In this document: piece by piece, positions 18,351-20,091 of the stretch
Numbering within the stretch: the first letter of the stretch is position 1
How the letters are laid out: each line of letters begins with the position of its first letter
Origin: Planctomycetota bacterium
GTDB lineage: Bacteria; Planctomycetota; PLA2; JAEUHO01
Length of the DNA stretch: 20,091 nucleotides
Direction: 5' to 3'
NCBI GenBank assembly: GCA_965223505.1
Contig: CBDCWP010000016.1
Coordinates: 1 to 20,091, forward strand
Notes under the pieces: model-generated
What the model was told of the DNA's origin: nothing
Seen by the model: the letters and a program-made list of their open reading frames with translations, nothing else
Databases searched by the model: none
Translations under genes and position numbers: made by a program

Positions 18351-18818
18351 TCATCGGCGCCGGGACCGGCCGAACACGGCCGGCAGGCCCAGGGCCGCCA
18401 GCGCCCGGCGTTCGGCCCGGCGCATGCGCGTCCGTTCGGCCCGGCCGTGGTCGTCGTATCCCAGCAGATGCAAGACGCCGTGAACGGCGTAGAGCATGAG
18501 CTCATGGTACGCGGGATGGCCTCGGGAAGCCGCCTCTCGACGGGCCGTGTCGGCGCTCAGCAGGACGTCGCCGCGCAGCACCGGCCGCTCGTCCATGGGA
18601 AACGAGAGGACATCGGTCGCGTAGTCGTGGCCGAGCATCTCGCGATTCACGGCGCGCATGCGCGCATCGTCCACGACGGCGAACGAGAGCTCGACATCCC
18701 GGCCGGCGCGGCGCGCGGCGAGCACCGCGAGCTTGTCCAGATCGCCGGCGAGGCGCCGGCGGCCGCCGGGCACGCGCACGCCCTCGACCGTCAGCGTTGC
18801 GGTGGCCGCGCGGGTCAC
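18351..18818 (-). CDS. ybeY: rRNA maturation endoribonuclease YbeY
   Basis: [21 protein letters not shown]...GDVLLS...[19 protein letters not shown]...MRRAE. GTG start overlaps the phoH stop (GTGA). Confidence 0.93.
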   Translation of the reverse strand: MTRAATATLTVEGVRVPGGRRRLAGDLDKLAVLAARRAGRDVELSFAVVDDARMRAVNREMLGHDYATDVLSFPMDERPVLRGDVLLSADTARREAASRGHPAYHELMLYAVHGVLHLLGYDDHGRAERTRMRRAERRALAALGLPAVFGRSRRR

Positions 18819-19843
18819 GAACGCTCCGCGTCCCCGTCCTTCTTCGGATGGCCGGGCGTCCACAGCGGACCCTCGACACGTTCGTAGGCGTCGACGATGC
18901 GCTGGACGAGCGGATGTCGGACGATGTCCTCCGCTCCGAACTCGATGATGGCGATGCCTTTCACGTCGCGCAGGATGCGCACGCTCTCGGCGAGACCGGA
19001 GCGATGGCCGTCAGGAAGATCGACCTGCGTCGCGTCGCCGTTCACGACGACCTTCGAGCCGTCGCCCATGCGCGTGAGGAACATCTTCATCTGTGCGGGT
19101 GTCGTGTTCTGCGCTTCGTCCAGGATGATGAACGCGCCCTTCAGCGTGCGACCACGCATGTAGGCGAGCGGAACGATCTCGATGATGTCCGCATCGATGT
19201 ACCGCTGGACCTCGCCCCACGGCATCATCTCACCGAGTGCGTCGTAGAGCGGGCGCAGATACGGGTTGATCTTGGCATGGAAGTCGCCGGGCAGGAACCC
19301 GAGCTTCTCGCCGGCCTCGACGGCCGGCCGGGTCAGCACGATCTTGCGCGCGTCGCCGGCGCGCAAGGCGGCAACGGCTTCGACGACCGCGAGGTACGTC
19401 TTGCCGGTTCCGGCGGGCCCCACGGCAAACACCGCGTCGTGCTTGCGAATGGCTTCGACGTACTTGGCTTGACCGGGCGAGCGCGGCTCGACCTTGCCGC
19501 GGGGCGCGTCGCGGCTGCCGGCGCGCGGTGCGCGTTGCGTCTTGCGGTTGGACTTCGAACGGACGGAGGGCGCGTTGCCGGTTCCGTTGGCGCCGAGCAG
19601 GAGGTCTTCGACTTCGTCGACGGCGGGCTCTCGGCCGCCGCGGACCTGCTTGATGATCTGCTTGACGCGTTGCGTAACGTCGCGCACGGCCGCGGCGTCG
19701 TCGCCTTCGAGCATGAGGACGCCGCGTCGTACGCTGATGCGTACGCCGTACCGTTCGCGAACGGCGCGCAGGTGTCGGTCCATGGGACCGAAGAGGGCGC
19801 GCTGTTCGGCTTCGCCGGTCTCGGGGATGCGCTCGCGGGGCAT
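18815..19843 (-). CDS. phoH: PhoH-family ATPase/RNA helicase (YbeZ-like, with N-terminal KH-like region)
   Basis: [93 protein letters not shown]. Start placed at ATG 19843. Confidence 0.95.
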   Translation of the reverse strand: MPRERIPETGEAEQRALFGPMDRHLRAVRERYGVRISVRRGVLMLEGDDAAAVRDVTQRVKQIIKQVRGGREPAVDEVEDLLLGANGTGNAPSVRSKSNRKTQRAPRAGSRDAPRGKVEPRSPGQAKYVEAIRKHDAVFAVGPAGTGKTYLAVVEAVAALRAGDARKIVLTRPAVEAGEKLGFLPGDFHAKINPYLRPLYDALGEMMPWGEVQRYIDADIIEIVPLAYMRGRTLKGAFIILDEAQNTTPAQMKMFLTRMGDGSKVVVNGDATQVDLPDGHRSGLAESVRILRDVKGIAIIEFGAEDIVRHPLVQRIVDAYERVEGPLWTPGHPKKDGDAERS

Positions 19844-19931
19844 GGGGCCGCAGTGTAGGGGGATCCTAGGCGCCGGACCCAATCCCGCTTCATCCCTGCC
19901 CCAACCCCATTCCGCTCGCGCTCCCGATCCT

Positions 19932-20001
19932 GCTCCCGACGCGGGCCTGGGGATTCCCCTCGCGTATCCCGCTCCCGACGGCCTGGGGATCTCCCTCGCG
20001 T
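19932..20001. repeat. Imperfect tandem direct repeat (two copies of 31-34 bp)
   Basis: GCTCCCGACGCGGGCCTGGGGATTCCCCTCGCGT (19932-19965) and GCTCCCGACG---GCCTGGGGATCTCCCTCGCGT (19971-20001). Confidence 0.75.
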
Positions 20002-20091
20002 GTCGTGCTCGATACCGTGGTCGTGCCCGTGCCCGTGATCACCGGTTCACGACCGTCACGTGGCTTGCGGACAGACCCGCTCCCTTCGCCG

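Noticed and set aside
18338..18505. Longer start for the Ser/Thr kinase (444 aa)
   Set aside because: It overlaps the ybeY catalytic region out of frame; the TTG at 18337 has a strong SD.
19855..19870. GTAGGGGG as another REP copy
   Set aside because: It lacks the REP hairpin and is better explained as overlapping the phoH -10 element.
19932..20001. Possible CRISPR mini-array
   Set aside because: Only two imperfect copies separated by 5 nt, with no spacer-sized unique sequence and no cas genes.

Overview
Very GC-rich, gene-dense window from a diderm bacterium. It is probably Planctomycetota/PVC, inferred from the L28 insertion, LptF/LptG and the FHA/Ser-Thr kinase/sigma-54 repertoire. Fifteen real CDSs are supported; most other long ORFs in the track are GC-rich shadow frames. 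Left to right: partial TrmH/SpoU methyltransferase, RluA/RluD pseudouridine synthase, secreted transglutaminase-like protein, lptG and lptF (all minus); a tandem-domain Kdo/WaaP-type kinase and arginase (plus); a GTAG-type REP doublet; then, on minus, an FHA-TM protein, an FHA-TM-CAP protein, an FHA-GAF-sigma54 enhancer-binding protein and PcrA/UvrD; rpmB (plus); and a soluble Ser/Thr kinase, ybeY and phoH (minus). The best candidate for a novel system is a phosphothreonine signalling module. It consists of a Hanks kinase, an FHA-bearing sigma-54 activator, and a candidate -24/-12 promoter with an NtrC-spaced palindrome just downstream of the activator. That promoter lies in front of two membrane-anchored FHA proteins, one with a periplasmic CAP domain. 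Six SD-less genes have -10-like hexamers 6-9 nt before the start codon, which suggests leaderless mRNAs. No tRNA, rRNA, CRISPR array or transposase was seen.
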